From assembly GCA_964057225.1 (NCBI GenBank), contig OZ059898.1, positions 17,484,001 to 17,548,000 on the forward strand: a DNA stretch of 64,000 nucleotides, read 5' to 3'. The position numbers and the translations under genes were made by a program. Source of the DNA: Auanema rhodensis. Its lineage: Eukaryota > Animalia > Nematoda. A model generated the notes under the pieces. The model was not told the origin of the DNA. It made no database searches and worked only from the letters and a program-made list of their open reading frames with translations. Shown here piece by piece: positions 41,068-56,160 of the stretch. Position 1 is the first letter of the stretch; the number at the start of each line of letters is the position of its first letter.

Positions 41068-44000
41068 TGTCAAAATGTTTTTGGAAGCAATGTTGAGTGT
41101 ACATGGAAACTCAACATACACTAATGCATCATTTTTCAAACGATCATAACAAATTTTTGTATTAAGCGTTTCTCAATGTAGTATAGTGCATTCGATGCGG
41201 ATTTTTAAGCTGCGTCGATCTGTGTTATCAGATTTGCGCTAGCTTAAAAATGCACCGAGACATCAACTGATATAAGTTCACACTTATATCCTCGATTTTC
41301 ACCCTGAAGAAATAATTTTTTCGTTGAATAACATTGTCCATCGTCTTTGCCTTGAAAAAAGGAATCTAAAAACATCTACTTTTTGCTAAATTATTCCGAA
41401 ATTTTTCGAAAAAATTTTTGTCAAAATGTTTTTGGAAGCAATGTTGAGTGTACATGGAAACTCAACATACACTAATGCATCATTTTTCAAACGATCATAA
41501 CTAATTTTTGTATTAAGCGTTACTCAATGTAGTATAGTGTATTCGATGCGGATTTTTAAGCTGCGTCGATCTGTGTTATCAGATTTGCGCTAGCTTAAAA
41601 ATGCACCGAGACATCAACTGATATAAGTTCACACTTATATCCTCGATTTTCACCCTGAAGAAATAATTTTTTCGTTGAATAACATTGTCCATCGTCTTTG
41701 CCTTGAAAAAAGGAATCTAAAAACATCTACTTTTTGCTAAATTATTTTGAAGTTTTTCGAAAAAATTTTTGTCAAAATGTTTTTGGAAGCAATGTTGAGT
41801 GTACATGGAAACTCAACATACACTAATGCAGCATTTTTCAAACGATCATAACTAATTTTTGTATCAAGCGTTTCTCAATGTAGTATAGTGAATTCGATGC
41901 GGATTTTTAAGCTGCGTCGATCTGTGTTATCAGATTTGCGCTAGCTTAAAAATGCCCCGAGATATCAATTGATATAAGTTCACACTTATATCCTCGATTT
42001 TCACCCTGAAGAAATAATTTTTTCGTTGAATAACATTGTCCATCGTCTTTGCCTTGAAAAAAGGAATCTAAAAACATCTACTTTTTGCTAAATTATTTTG
42101 AAATTTTTCGAAAAAATTTTTGTCAAAATGTTTTTGGAAGCAATGTTGAGCGTACATGGAAACTCAACATACACTAATGCATCATTTTTCAAACGATCAT
42201 AACTAATTTTTGTATCAAGCGTTTCTCAATGTAGTATAGTGCATTCGATGCGGATTTTTAAGCTGCGTCGATCTGTGTTATCAGATTTGCGCTAGCTTAA
42301 AAATGCACCGAGATATCAATTGATATAAGTTCACACTTATATCCTCGATTTTCACCCTGAAGAAATAATTTTTTCGTTGAATAACATTGTCCATCGTCTT
42401 TGCCTTGAAAAAACGAATCTAAAAACATCTACTTTTTGCTAAATTATTCTGAAATTTTTCAAAAAAATTTTTGTCAAAATGTTTTTGGAAGCAATGTTGA
42501 GTGTACATGGAAACTCAACATACACTAATGCATCATTTTTCAAACGATCATAACTAATTTCTGTATTAAGCGTTTCTCAATGTAGTATAGTGCATTCGAT
42601 GCGGATTTTTAAGCTGCGTCGATCTGTGTTATCAGATTTGCGCAAGCTTAAAAATGCACCGAGACATCAACTGATATAAGTTCACACTGATATCCTCGAT
42701 TTTCACCCTGAAGAATTGATTTTTTCGTTGAATAACATTGTCTATCGTCTTTGCCTTGAAAAAAGGCATCTAAAAACATCTACTTTTTGCTAAATTATTT
42801 CGAAATGTTTCGAAAAAATTTTTGTCAAAATGTTTTTGGAAGCAATGTTGTGTGTACATGGAAACTCAACATACACTAATGCATCATTTTTCAAACGATC
42901 ATAACAAATTTTTGTATTAAGCGTTTCTCAATGTAGTATAGTGCATTCGATGCGGATTTTTAAGCTGCGTCGATCTGTGTTATCAGATTTGCGCAAGCTT
43001 AAAAATGCACCGAGACATCAACTGATATAAGTTCACACTGATATCCTCGATTTTCACCCTGAAGAATTGATTTTTTCGTTGAATAACATTGTCCATCGTC
43101 TTTGCCTTGAAAAAAGGAATCTAAAAACATCTACTTTTTGCTAAATTATTCTGAAATTTTTCGAAAAAATTTTTGTCAAAATGTTTTTGGAAGCAATGTT
43201 GAGTGTACATGGAAACTCAACATACACTAATGCATCATTTTTCAAACGATCATAACAAATTTTTGTATTAAGCGTTTCTCAATGTAGTATAGTGCATTCG
43301 ATGCGGATTTTTAAGCTGCGTCGATTTGTGTTATCAGATTTGCGCTAGCTTAAAAATGCACCGAGACATCAACTGATATAAGTTCACACTTATATCCTCG
43401 ATTTTCACCCTGAAGAAATAATTTTTTCGTTGAATAACATTGTCCATCGTTTTTGCTTTGAAAAAAGGAATCTAAAAACATCTACTTTTTGCTAAATTAT
43501 TTTGAAATTTTTCGAAAAAATTTTTGTCAAAATGTTTTTGGAAGCAATGTTGAGTGTACATGGAAACTCAACATACACTAATGCATCATTTTTCAAACGA
43601 TCATAACTAATTTCTGTATTAAGCGTTTCTCAATGTAGTATAGTGCATTCGATGCGGATTTTTAAGTTGCGTCGATCTGTGTTATCAGATTTGCGCTAGC
43701 TTAAAAATGCACCGAGACATCAACTGATATAAGTTCACACTTATATCCTCGATTTTCACCCTGAAGAAATAATTTTTTCGTTGAATAACATTGTCCATCG
43801 TCTTTGCCTTGAAAAAAGGAATCTAAAAACATCTACTTTTTGCTAAATTATTCTGAAATTTTTCGAAAAAATTTTTGTCAAAATGTTTTTGGAAGCAATG
43901 TTGAGTGTACATGGAAACTCAACATACACTAATGCATCATTTTTCAAACGATCATAACTAATTTTTGTATTAAGCGTTACTCAATGTAGTATAGTGTATT

Positions 44001-47000
44001 CGATGCGGATTTTTAAGCTGCGTCGATCTGTGTTATCAGATTTGCGCTAGCTTAAAAATGCACCGAGACATCAACTGATATAAGTTCACACTTATATCCT
44101 CGATTTTCACCCTGAAGAAATAATTTTTTCGTTGAATAACATTGTCCATCGTCTTTGCCTTGAAAAAAGGAATCTAAAAACATCTACTTTTTGCTAAATT
44201 ATTTTGAAGTTTTTCGAAAAAATTTTTGTCAAAATGTTTTTGGAAGCAATGTTGAGTGTACATGGAAACTCAACATACACTAATGCATCATTTTTCAAAC
44301 GATCATAACTAATTTTTGTATCAAGCGTTTCTCAATGTAGTATAGTGCATTCGATGCGGATTGTTAAGCTGCGTCGATCTGTGTTATCAGATTTGCGCTA
44401 GCTTAAAAATGCACCGAGATATCAACTGATATAAGTTCACACTTATATCCTCGATTTTCACCCTGAAGAAATAATTTTTTCGTTGAATAACATTGTCCAT
44501 CGTCTTTGCCTTGAAAAAAGGAATCTAAAAACATCTACTTTTTGCTAAATTATTCTGAAATTTTTCAAAAAAATTTTTGTCAAAATGTTTTTGGAAGCAA
44601 TGTTGAGTGTACATGGAAACTCAACATACACTAATGCATCATTTCTCAAACGATCATAACTAATTTCTGTATTAAGCGTTTCTCAATGTAGTATAGTGCA
44701 TTCGATGCGGATTTTTAAGTTGCGTCGATCTGTGTTATCAGATTTGCGCTAGCTTAAAAATGCACCGAGACATCAACTGATATAAGTTCACACTTATATC
44801 CTCGATTTTCACCCTGAAGAAATTATTTTTTTTTTGAATAACATTGTCCATCGTCTTTGCCTTGAAAAAAGGAATCTAAAAACATCTACTTTTTGCTAAA
44901 TTATTCTGAAATTTTTCGAAAAAATTTTTGTCAAAATGTTTTTGGAAGCAATGTTGAGTGTACATGGAAACTCAACATACACTAATGCATCATTTTTCAA
45001 ACGATCATAACTAATTTCTGTATTAAGCGTTTCTCAATGTAGTATAGTGCATTCGATGCGGATTTTTAAGTTGCGTCGATCTGTGTTATCAGATTTGCGC
45101 TAGCTTAAAAATGCACCGAGACATCAACTGATATAAGTTCACACTTATATCCTCGATTTTCACCCTGAAGAATTTATTTTTTCGTTGAATAACATTGTCC
45201 ATCGTCTTTGCCTTGAAAAAAGGAATCTAAAAACATCTACTTTTTGCTAAATTATTCTGAAATTTTTCGAAAAAATTTTTGTCAAAATGTTTTTGGAAGC
45301 AATGTTGAGTGTACATGGAAACTCAACATACACTAATGCATCATTTTTCAAACGATCATAACAAATTTTTGTATTAAGCGTTTCTCAATGTAGTATAGTG
45401 CATTCGATGCGGATTTTTAAGCTGCGTCGATCTGTGTTATCAGATTTGCGCTAGCTTAAAAATGCACCGAGACATCAACTGATATAAGTTCACACTTATA
45501 TCCTCGATTTTCACCCTGAAGAAATAATTTTTTCGTTGAATAACATTGTCCATCGTCTTTGCCTTGAAAAAAGGAATCTAAAAACATCTACTTTTTGCTA
45601 AATTATTCTGAAATTTTTCGAAAAAATTTTTGTCAAAATGTTTTTGGAAGCAATGTTGAGTGTACATGGAAACTCAACATACACTAATGCATCATTTTTC
45701 AAACGATCATAACTAATTTTTGTATTAAGCGTTACTCAATGTAGTATAGTGTATTCGATGCGGATTTTTAAGCTGCGTCGATCTGTGTTATCAGATTTGC
45801 GCTAGCTTAAAAATGCACCGAGACATCAACTGATATAAGTTCACACTTATATCCTCGATTTTCACCCTGAAGAAATAATTTTTTCGTTGAATAACATTGT
45901 CCATCGTCTTTGCCTTGATAAAAGGAATCTAAAAACATCTACTTTTTGCTAAATTATTTTGAAGTTTTTCGAAAAAATTTTTGTCAAAATGTTTTTGGAA
46001 GCAATGTTGAGTGTACATGGAAACTCAACATACACTAATGCATCATTTTTCAAACGATCATAACTAATTTCTGTATCAAGCGTTTCTCAATGTAGTATAG
46101 TGCATTCGATGCGGATTTTTAAGCTGCGTCGATCTGTGTTATCAGATTTGCGCTAGCTTAAAAATGCACCGAGATATCAACTGATATAAGTTCACACTTA
46201 TATCCTCGATTTTCACCCTGAAGAAATAATTTTTTCGTTGAATAACATTGTCCATCGTCTTTGCCTTGAAAAAAGGAATCTAAAAACATCTACTTTTTGC
46301 TAAATTATTCTGAAATTTTTCAAAAAAATTTTTGTCAAAATGTTTTTGGAAGCAATGTTGAGTGTACATGGAAACTCAACATACACTAATGCATCATTTC
46401 TCAAACGATCATAACTAATTTCTGTATTAAGCGTTTCTCAATGTAATATAGTGCATTCGATGCGGATTTTTAAGCTGCGTCGATCTGTGTTATCAGATTT
46501 GCGCTAGCTTAAAAATGCACCGAGACATCAACTGATATAAGTTCACACTTATATCCTCGATTTTCACCCTGAAGAAATTATTTTTTTTTTGAATAACATT
46601 GTCCATCGTCTTTGCCTTGAAAAAAGGAATCTAAAAACATCTACTTTTTGCTAAATTATTCTGAAATTTTTCGAAAAAATTTTTGTCAAAATGTTTTTGG
46701 AAGCAATGTTGAGTGTACATGGAAACTCAACATACACTAATGCATCATTATTCAAACGATCATAACTAATTTCTGTATTAAGCGTTTCTCAATGTAGTAT
46801 AGTGCATTCGATGCGGATTTTTAAGCTGCGTCGATCTGTGTTATCAGATTTGCGCTAGCTTAAAAATGCACCGAGATATCAACTGATATAAGTTCACACT
46901 TATATCCTCGATTTTCACCCTGAAGAATTAATTTTTTCGTTGAATAACATTGTCCATCGTCTTTGCCTTGGAAAAAGGAATCTAAAAACATCTACTTTTT

Positions 47001-47034
47001 GCTAAATTATTCTGAAATTTTTCGAAAACATTTT

Positions 47035-49140
47035 TGTCAAAATGTTTTTGGAAGCAATGTTGAGTGTACATGGAAACTCAACATACACTAATGCATCATT
47101 TTTCAAACGATCATAACTAATTTTTGTATTGAGCATTTCTCAATGTAGTATAGTGCATTCGATGCGGATTTTTAAGCTGCGTCGATCTGTGTTATCAGAT
47201 TTGCGCTAGCTTAAAAATGCACCGAGATATCAACTGATATAAGTTCACACTTATATCCTCGATTTTCACCCTGAAGAATTAATTTTTTCGTTGAATAACA
47301 TTGTCCATCGTCTTTGCCTTGAAAAAAGAAATCTAAAAACATCTACTTTTTGCTAAATTATTCTGAAATTTTTCGAAAAAATTTTTGTCAAAATGTTTTT
47401 GGAAGCAATGTTGAGTGTACATGGAAACTCAACATACACTAATGCATCATTTTTCAAACGATCATAACTAATTTTTGTATTAGGCGTTTCTCAATGTAGT
47501 ATAGTGCATTTGATGCGGATTTTTAAGCTGCGTCGATCTGTGTTATCAGATTTGCGCTAGCTTAAAAATGCACCGAGATATCAACTGATATAAGTTCACA
47601 CTTATATCCTCGATTTTCACCCTGAAGAAATAATTTTTTCGTTGAATAACATTGTCCATCTTCTTTGCCTTGAAAAAAGGAATCTAAAAACATCTACTTT
47701 TCGCTAAATTATTTTGAAGTTTTTCGAAAAAATTTTTGTCAAAATGTTTTTGGAAGCAATGTTGAGTGTACATGGAAACTCAACATACACTAATGCATCA
47801 TTTTTCAAACAATCATAACTAATTTTTGTATTAAGCGTATCTCAATGTAGTATAGTGCATTTGATGCGGATTTTTAAGCTGCGTCGATCTGTGTTATCAG
47901 ATTTGCGCTAGCTTAAAAATGCACCGAGATATCAATTGATATAAGTTCACACTTATATCCTCGATTTTCACCCTGAAGAAATAATTTTTTCGTTGAATAA
48001 CATTGTCCATCGTCTTTGCCTTGAAAAAAGGAATCTAAAAACATCTACTCTTTGCTAAATTATTCTGAAATTTTTCAAAAAAATTTTTGTCAAAATGTTT
48101 TTGGAAGCAATGTTGAGTGTACATGGAAACTCAACATACACTAATGCAGCATTTTTCAAACGATCATAACTAATTTTTGTATTGAGCATTTCTCAATGTA
48201 GTATAGTGCATTCGATGCGGATTTTTAAGCTGCGTCGATCTGTGTTATCAGATTTGCGCTAGCTTAAAAATGCACCGAGATATCAACTGATATAAGTTCA
48301 CACTTATATCCTCGATTTTCACCCTGAAGAATTAATTTTTTCGTTGAATAACATTGTCCATCGTCTTTGCCTTGAAAAAAGGAATCTAAAAACATCTACT
48401 TTTTGCTAAATTATTCTGAAATTTTTCGAAAAAATTTTTGTCAAAATGTTTTTGGAAGCAATGTTGAGTGTACATGGAAACTCAACATACACTAATGCAT
48501 CATTTTTCAAACGATCATAACTAATTTTTGTATTAGGCGTTTCTCAATGTAGTATAGTGCATTTGATGCGGATTTTTAAGCTGCGTCGATCTGTGTTATC
48601 AGATTTGCGCTAGCTTAAAAATGCACCGAGATATCAACTGATATAAGTTCACACTTATATCCTCGATTTTCACCCTGAAGAAATAATTTTTTCGTTGAAT
48701 AACATTGTCCATCTTCTTTGCCTTGAAAAAAGGAATCTAAAAACATCTACTTTTCGCTAAATTATTTTGAAGTTTTTCGAAAAAATTTTTGTCAAAATGT
48801 TTTTGGAAGCAATGTTGAGTGTACATGGAAACTCAACATACACTAATGCATCATTTTTCAAACAATCATAACTAATTTTTGTATTAAGCGTATCTCAATG
48901 TAGTATAGTGCATTTGATGCGGATTTTTAAGCTGCGTCGATCTGTGTTATCAGATTTGCGCTAGCTTAAAAATGCACCGAGATATCAATTGATATAAGTT
49001 CACACTTATATCCTCGATTTTCACCCTGAAGAAATAATTTTTTCGTTGAATAACATTGTCCATCGTCTTTGCCTTGAAAAAAGGAATCTAAAAACATCTA
49101 CTCTTTGCTAAATTATTCTGAAATTTTTCAAAAAAATTTT
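47035..49140. repeat. 3-mer higher-order repeat D (1053 bp) x2 (monomers 135-140)
   Basis: A98G at 47483 and 48536. The A97G/G101A monomers and the G75A/T103A/C126T monomers alternate with the same period. Confidence 0.88.
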
Positions 49141-52100
49141 TGTCAAAATGTTTTTGGAAGCAATGTTGAGTGTACATGGAAACTCAACATACACTAATGC
49201 AGCATTTTTCAAACGATCATAACTAATTTCTGTATTAAGCGTTTCTCAATGTAGTATAGTGCATTCGATGCGGATTTTTAAGCTGCGTCGATCTGTGTTA
49301 TCAGATTTGCGCAAGCTTAAAAATGCACCGAGACATCAACTGATATAAGTTCACACTGATATCCTCGATTTTCACCCTGAAGAAATAATTTTTTCGTTGA
49401 ATAACATTGTCCATCGTCTTTGCCTTGAAAAAAGGAATCTAAAAACATCTACTTTTTGCTAAATTATTCTGAAATTTTTCGAAAAAATTTTTGTCAAAAT
49501 GTTTTTGGAAGCAATGTTGAGTGTACATGGAAACTCAACATACACTAATGCATCATTTTTCAAACGATCATAACAAATTTTTGTATTAAGCGTTTCTCAA
49601 TGTAGTATAGTGCATTCGATGCGGATTTTTAAGCTGCGTCGATTTGTGTTATCAGATTTGCGCTAGCTTAAAAATGCACCGAGACATCAACTGATATAAG
49701 TTCACACTTATATCCTCGATTTTCACCCTGAAGAAATAATTTTTTCGTTGAATAACATTGTCCATCGTTTTTGCTTTGAAAAAAGGAATCTAAAAACATC
49801 TACTTTTTGCTAAATTATTTTGAAATTTTTCGAAAAAATTTTTGTCAAAATGTTTTTGGAAGCAATGTTGAGTGTACATGGAAACTCAACATACACTAAT
49901 GCATCATTTTTCAAACGATCATAACAAATTTTTGTATTAAGCGTTTCTCAATGTAGTATAGTGCATTCGATGCGGATTTTTAAGCTGCGTCGATCTGTGT
50001 TATCAGATTTGCGCTAGCTTAAAAATGCACCGAGACATCAACTGATATAAGTTCACACTTATATCCTCGATTTTCACCCTGAAGAAATAATTTTTTCGTT
50101 GAATAACATTGTCCATCGTCTTTGCCTTGAAAAAAGGAATCTAAAAACATCTACTTTTTGCTAAATTATTCTGAAATTTTTCGAAAAAATTTTTGTCAAA
50201 ATGTTTTTGGAAGCAATGTTGAGTGTACATGGAAACTCAACATACACTAATGCATCATTTTTCAAACGATCATAACTAATTTTTGTATTAAGCGTTACTC
50301 AATGTAGTATAGTGTATTCGATGCGGATTTTTAAGCTGCGTCGATCTGTGTTATCAGATTTGCGCTAGCTTAAAAATGCACCGAGACATCAACTGATATA
50401 AGTTCACACTTATATCCTCGATTTTCACCCTGAAGAAATAATTTTTTCGTTGAATAACATTGTCCATCGTCTTTGCCTTGAAAAAAGGAATCTAAAAACA
50501 TCTACTTTTTGCTAAATTATTTTGAAGTTTTTCGAAAAAATTTTTGTCAAAATGTTTTTGGAAGCAATGTTGAGTGTACATGGAAACTCAACATACACTA
50601 ATGCATCATTTTTCAAACGATCATAACTAATTTTTGTATCAAGCGTTTCTCAATGTAGTATAGTGCATTCGATGCGGATTTTTAAGCTGCGTCGATCTGT
50701 GTTATCAGATTTGCGCTAGCTTAAAAATGCACCGAGATATCAACTGATATAAGTTCACACTTATATCCTTGATTTTCACCCTGAAGAAATAATTTTTTCG
50801 TTGAATAACATTGTCCATCGTCTTTGCCTTGAAAAAAGGAATCTAAAAACATCTACTTTTTGCTAAATTATTCTGAAATTTTTCAAAAAAATTTTTGTCA
50901 AAATGTTTTTGGAAGCAATGTTGAGTGTACATGGAAACTCAACATACACTAATGCATCATTTCTCAAACGATCATAACTAATTTCTGTATTAAGCGTTTC
51001 TCAATGTAGTATAGTGCATTCGATGCGGATTTTTAAGTTGCGTCGATCTGTGTTATCAGATTTGCGCTAGCTTAAAAATGCACCGAGACATCAACTGATA
51101 TAAGTTCACACTTATATCCTCGATTTTCACCCTGAAGAAATTATTTTTTTTTTGAATAACATTGTCCATCGTCTTTGCCTTGAAAAAAGGAATCTAAAAA
51201 CATCTACTTTTTGCTAAATTATTCTGAAATTTTTCGAAAAAATTTTTGTCAAAATGTTTTTGGAAGCAATGTTGAGTGTACATGGAAACTCAACATACAC
51301 TAATGCATCATTTTTCAAACGATCATAACTAATTTCTGTATTAAGCGTTTCTCAATGTAGTATAGTGCATTCGATGCGGATTTTTAAGTTGCGTCGATCT
51401 GTGTTATCAGATTTGCGCTAGCTTAAAAATGCACCGAGACATCAACTGATATAAGTTCACACTTATATCCTCGATTTTCACCCTGAAGAATTTATTTTTT
51501 CGTTGAATAACATTGTCCATCGTCTTTGCCTTGAAAAAAGGAATCTAAAAACATCTACTTTTTGCTAAATTATTCTGAAATTTTTCGAAAAAATTTTTGT
51601 CAAAATGTTTTTGGAAGCAATGTTGAGTGTACATGGAAACTCAACATACACTAATGCATCATTTTTCAAACGATCATAACAAATTTTTGTATTAAGCGTT
51701 TCTCAATGTAGTATAGTGCATTCGATGCGGATTTTTAAGCTGCGTCGATCTGTGTTATCAGATTTGCGCTAGCTTAAAAATGCACCGAGACATCAACTGA
51801 TATAAGTTCACACTTATATCCTCGATTTTCACCCTGAAGAAATAATTTTTTCGTTGAATAACATTGTCCATCGTCTTTGCCTTGGAAAAAGGAATCTAAA
51901 AACATCTACTTTTTGCTAAATTATTCTGAAATTTTTCGAAAACATTTTTGTCAAAATGTTTTTGGAAGCAATGTTGAGTGTACATGGAAACTCAACATAC
52001 ACTAATGCATCATTTTTCAAACGATCATAACTAATTTTTGTATTGAGCATTTCTCAATGTAGTATAGTGCATTCGATGCGGATTTTTAAGCTGCGTCGAT

Positions 52101-53001
52101 CTGTGTTATCAGATTTGCGCTAGCTTAAAAATGCACCGAGATATCAACTGATATAAGTTCACACTTATATCCTCGATTTTCACCCTGAAGAATTAATTTT
52201 TTCGTTGAATAACATTGTCCATCGTCTTTGCCTTGAAAAAAGGAATCTAAAAACATCTACTTTTTGCTAAATTATTCTGAAATTTTTCAAAAAAATTTTT
52301 GTCAAAATGTTTTTGGAAGCAATGTTGAGTGTACATGGAAACTCAACATACACTAATGCATCATTTCTCAAACGATCATAACTAATTTCTGTATTAAGCG
52401 TTTCTCAATGTAATATAGTGCATTCGATGCGGATTTTTAAGCTGCGTCGATCTGTGTTATCAGATTTGCGCTAGCTTAAAAATGCACCGAGACATCAACT
52501 GATATAAGTTCACACTTATATCCTCGATTTTCACCCTGAAGAAATTATTTTTTTTTTGAATAACATTGTCCATCGTCTTTGCCTTGAAAAAAGGAATCTA
52601 AAAACATCTACTTTTTGCTAAATTATTCTGAAATTTTTCGAAAAAATTTTTGTCAAAATGTTTTTGGAAGCAATGTTGAGTGTACATGGAAACTCAACAT
52701 ACACTAATGCATCATTATTCAAACGATCATAACTAATTTCTGTATTAAGCGTTTCTCAATGTAGTATAGTGCATTCGATGCGGATTTTTAAGCTGCGTCG
52801 ATCTGTGTTATCAGATTTGCGCTAGCTTAAAAATGCACCGAGATATCAACTGATATAAGTTCACACTTATATCCTCGATTTTCACCCTGAAGAATTAATT
52901 TTTTCGTTGAATAACATTGTCCATCGTCTTTGCCTTGGAAAAAGGAATCTAAAAACATCTACTTTTTGCTAAATTATTCTGAAATTTTTCGAAAACATTT
53001 T

Positions 53002-56000
53002 TGTCAAAATGTTTTTGGAAGCAATGTTGAGTGTACATGGAAACTCAACATACACTAATGCATCATTTTTCAAACGATCATAACTAATTTTTGTATTGAG
53101 CATTTCTCAATGTAGTATAGTGCATTCGATGCGGATTTTTAAGCTGCGTCGATCTGTGTTATCAGATTTGCGCTAGCTTAAAAATGCACCGAGATATCAA
53201 CTGATATAAGTTCACACTTATATCCTCGATTTTCACCCTGAAGAATTAATTTTTTCGTTGAATAACATTGTCCATCGTCTTTGCCTTGAAAAAAGGAATC
53301 TAAAAACATCTACTTTTTGCTAAATTATTCTGAAATTTTTCGAAAAAATTTTTGTCAAAATGTTTTTAGAAGCAATGTTGAGTGTACATGGAAACTCAAC
53401 ATACACTAATGCATCATTTTTCAAACGATCATAACTAATTTTTGTATAAGGCGTTTCTCAATGTAGTATAGTGCATTTGATGCGGATTTTTAAGCTGCGT
53501 CGATCTGTGTTATCAGATTTGCGCTAGCTTAAAAATGCACCGAGATATCAACTGATATAAGTTCACACTTATATCCTCGATTTTCACCCTGAAGAAATAA
53601 TTTTTTCGTTGAATAACATTGTCCATCTTCTTTGCCTTGAAAAAAGGAATCTAAAAACATCTACTTTTCGCTAAATTATTTTGAAGTTTTTCGAAAAAAT
53701 TTTTGTCAAAATGTTTTTGGAAGCAATGTTGAGTGTACATGGAAACTCAACATACACTAATGCATCATTTTTCAAACAATCATAACTAATTTTTGTATTA
53801 AGCGTATCTCAATGTAGTATAGTGCATTTGATGCGGATTTTTAAGCTGCGTCGATCTGTGTTATCAGATTTGCGCTAGCTTAAAAATGCACCGAGATATC
53901 AATTGATATAAGTTCACACTTATATCCTCGATTTTCACCCTGAAGAAATAATTTTTTCGTTGAATAACATTGTCCATCGTCTTTGCCTTGAAAAAAGGAA
54001 TCTAAAAACATCTACTCTTTGCTAAATTATTCTGAAATTTTTCAAAAAAATTTTTGTCAAAATGTTTTTGGAAGCAATGTTGAGTGTACATGGAAACTCA
54101 ACATACACTAATGCAGCATTTTTCAAACGATCATAACTAATTTTTGTATTGAGCATTTCTCAATGTAGTATAGTGCATTCGATGCGGATTTTTAAGCTGC
54201 GTCGATCTGTGTTATCAGATTTGCGCTAGCTTAAAAATGCACCGAGATATCAACTGATATAAGTTCACACTTATATCCTCGATTTTCACCCTGAAGAATT
54301 AATTTTTTCGTTGAATAACATTGTCCATCGTCTTTGCCTTGAAAAAAGGAATCTAAAAACATCTACTTTTTGCTAAATTATTCTGAAATTTTTCGAAAAA
54401 ATTTTTGTCAAAATGTTTTTGGAAGCAATGTTGAGTGTACATGGAAACTCAACATACACTAATGCATCATTTTTCAAACGATCATAACTAATTTTTGTAT
54501 TAGGCGTTTCTCAATGTAGTATAGTGCATTTGATGCGGATTTTTAAGCTGCGTCGATCTGTGTTATCAGATTTGCGCTAGCTTAAAAATGCACCGAGATA
54601 TCAACTGATATAAGTTCACACTTATATCCTCGATTTTCACCCTGAAGAAATAATTTTTTCGTTGAATAACATTGTCCATCTTCTTTGCCTTGAAAAAAGG
54701 AATCTAAAAACATCTACTTTTCGCTAAATTATTTTGAAGTTTTTCGAAAAAATTTTTGTCAAAATGTTTTTGGAAGCAATGTTGAGTGTACATGGAAACT
54801 CAACATACACTAATGCATCATTTTTCAAACAATCATAACTAATTTTTGTATTAAGCGTATCTCAATGTAGTATAGTGCATTTGATGCGGATTTTTAAGCT
54901 GCGTCGATCTGTGTTATCAGATTTGCGCTAGCTTAAAAATGCACCGAGATATCAATTGATATAAGTTCACACTTATATCCTCGATTTTCACCCTGAAGAA
55001 ATAATTTTTTCGTTGAATAACATTGTCCATCGTCTTTGCCTTGAAAAAAGGAATCTAAAAACATCTACTCTTTGCTAAATTATTCTGAAATTTTTCAAAA
55101 AAATTTTTGTCAAAATGTTTTTGGAAGCAATGTTGAGTGTACATGGAAACTCAACATACACTAATGCAGCATTTTTCAAACGATCATAACTAATTTTTGT
55201 ATTGAGCATTTCTCAATGTAGTATAGTGCATTCGATGCGGATTTTTAAGCTGCGTCGATCTGTGTTATCAGATTTGCGCTAGCTTAAAAATGCACCGAGA
55301 TATCAACTGATATAAGTTCACACTTATATCCTCGATTTTCACCCTGAAGAATTAATTTTTTCGTTGAATAACATTGTCCATCGTCTTTGCCTTGAAAAAA
55401 GGAATCTAAAAACATCTACTTTTTGCTAAATTATTCTGAAATTTTTCGAAAAAATTTTTGTCAAAATGTTTTTGGAAGCAATGTTGAGTGTACATGGAAA
55501 CTCAACATACACTAATGCATCATTTTTCAAACGATCATAACTAATTTTTGTATTAGGCGTTTCTCAATGTAGTATAGTGCATTTGATGCGGATTTTTAAG
55601 CTGCGTCGATCTGTGTTATCAGATTTGCGCTAGCTTAAAAATGCACCGAGATATCAACTGATATAAGTTCACACTTATATCCTCGATTTTCACCCTGAAG
55701 AAATAATTTTTTCGTTGAATAACATTGTCCATCTTCTTTGCCTTGAAAAAAGGAATCTAAAAACATCTACTTTTCGCTAAATTATTTTGAAGTTTTTCGA
55801 AAAAATTTTTGTCAAAATGTTTTTGGAAGCAATGTTGAGTGTACATGGAAACTCAACATACACTAATGCATCATTTTTCAAACAATCATAACTAATTTTT
55901 GTATTAAGCGTATCTCAATGTAGTATAGTGCATTTGATGCGGATTTTTAAGCTGCGTCGATCTGTGTTATCAGATTTGCGCTAGCTTAAAAATGCACCGA

Positions 56001-56160
56001 GATATCAATTGATATAAGTTCACACTTATATCCTCGATTTTCACCCTGAAGAAATAATTTTTTCGTTGAATAACATTGTCCATCGTCTTTGCCTTGAAAA
56101 AAGGAATCTAAAAACATCTACTCTTTGCTAAATTATTCTGAAATTTTTCAAAAAAATTTT
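53002..56160. repeat. 3-mer higher-order repeat D (1053 bp) x3 (monomers 152-160)
   Basis: A98G at 53450, 54503 and 55556. The three monomer types match those at 47035-49140. Confidence 0.88.
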
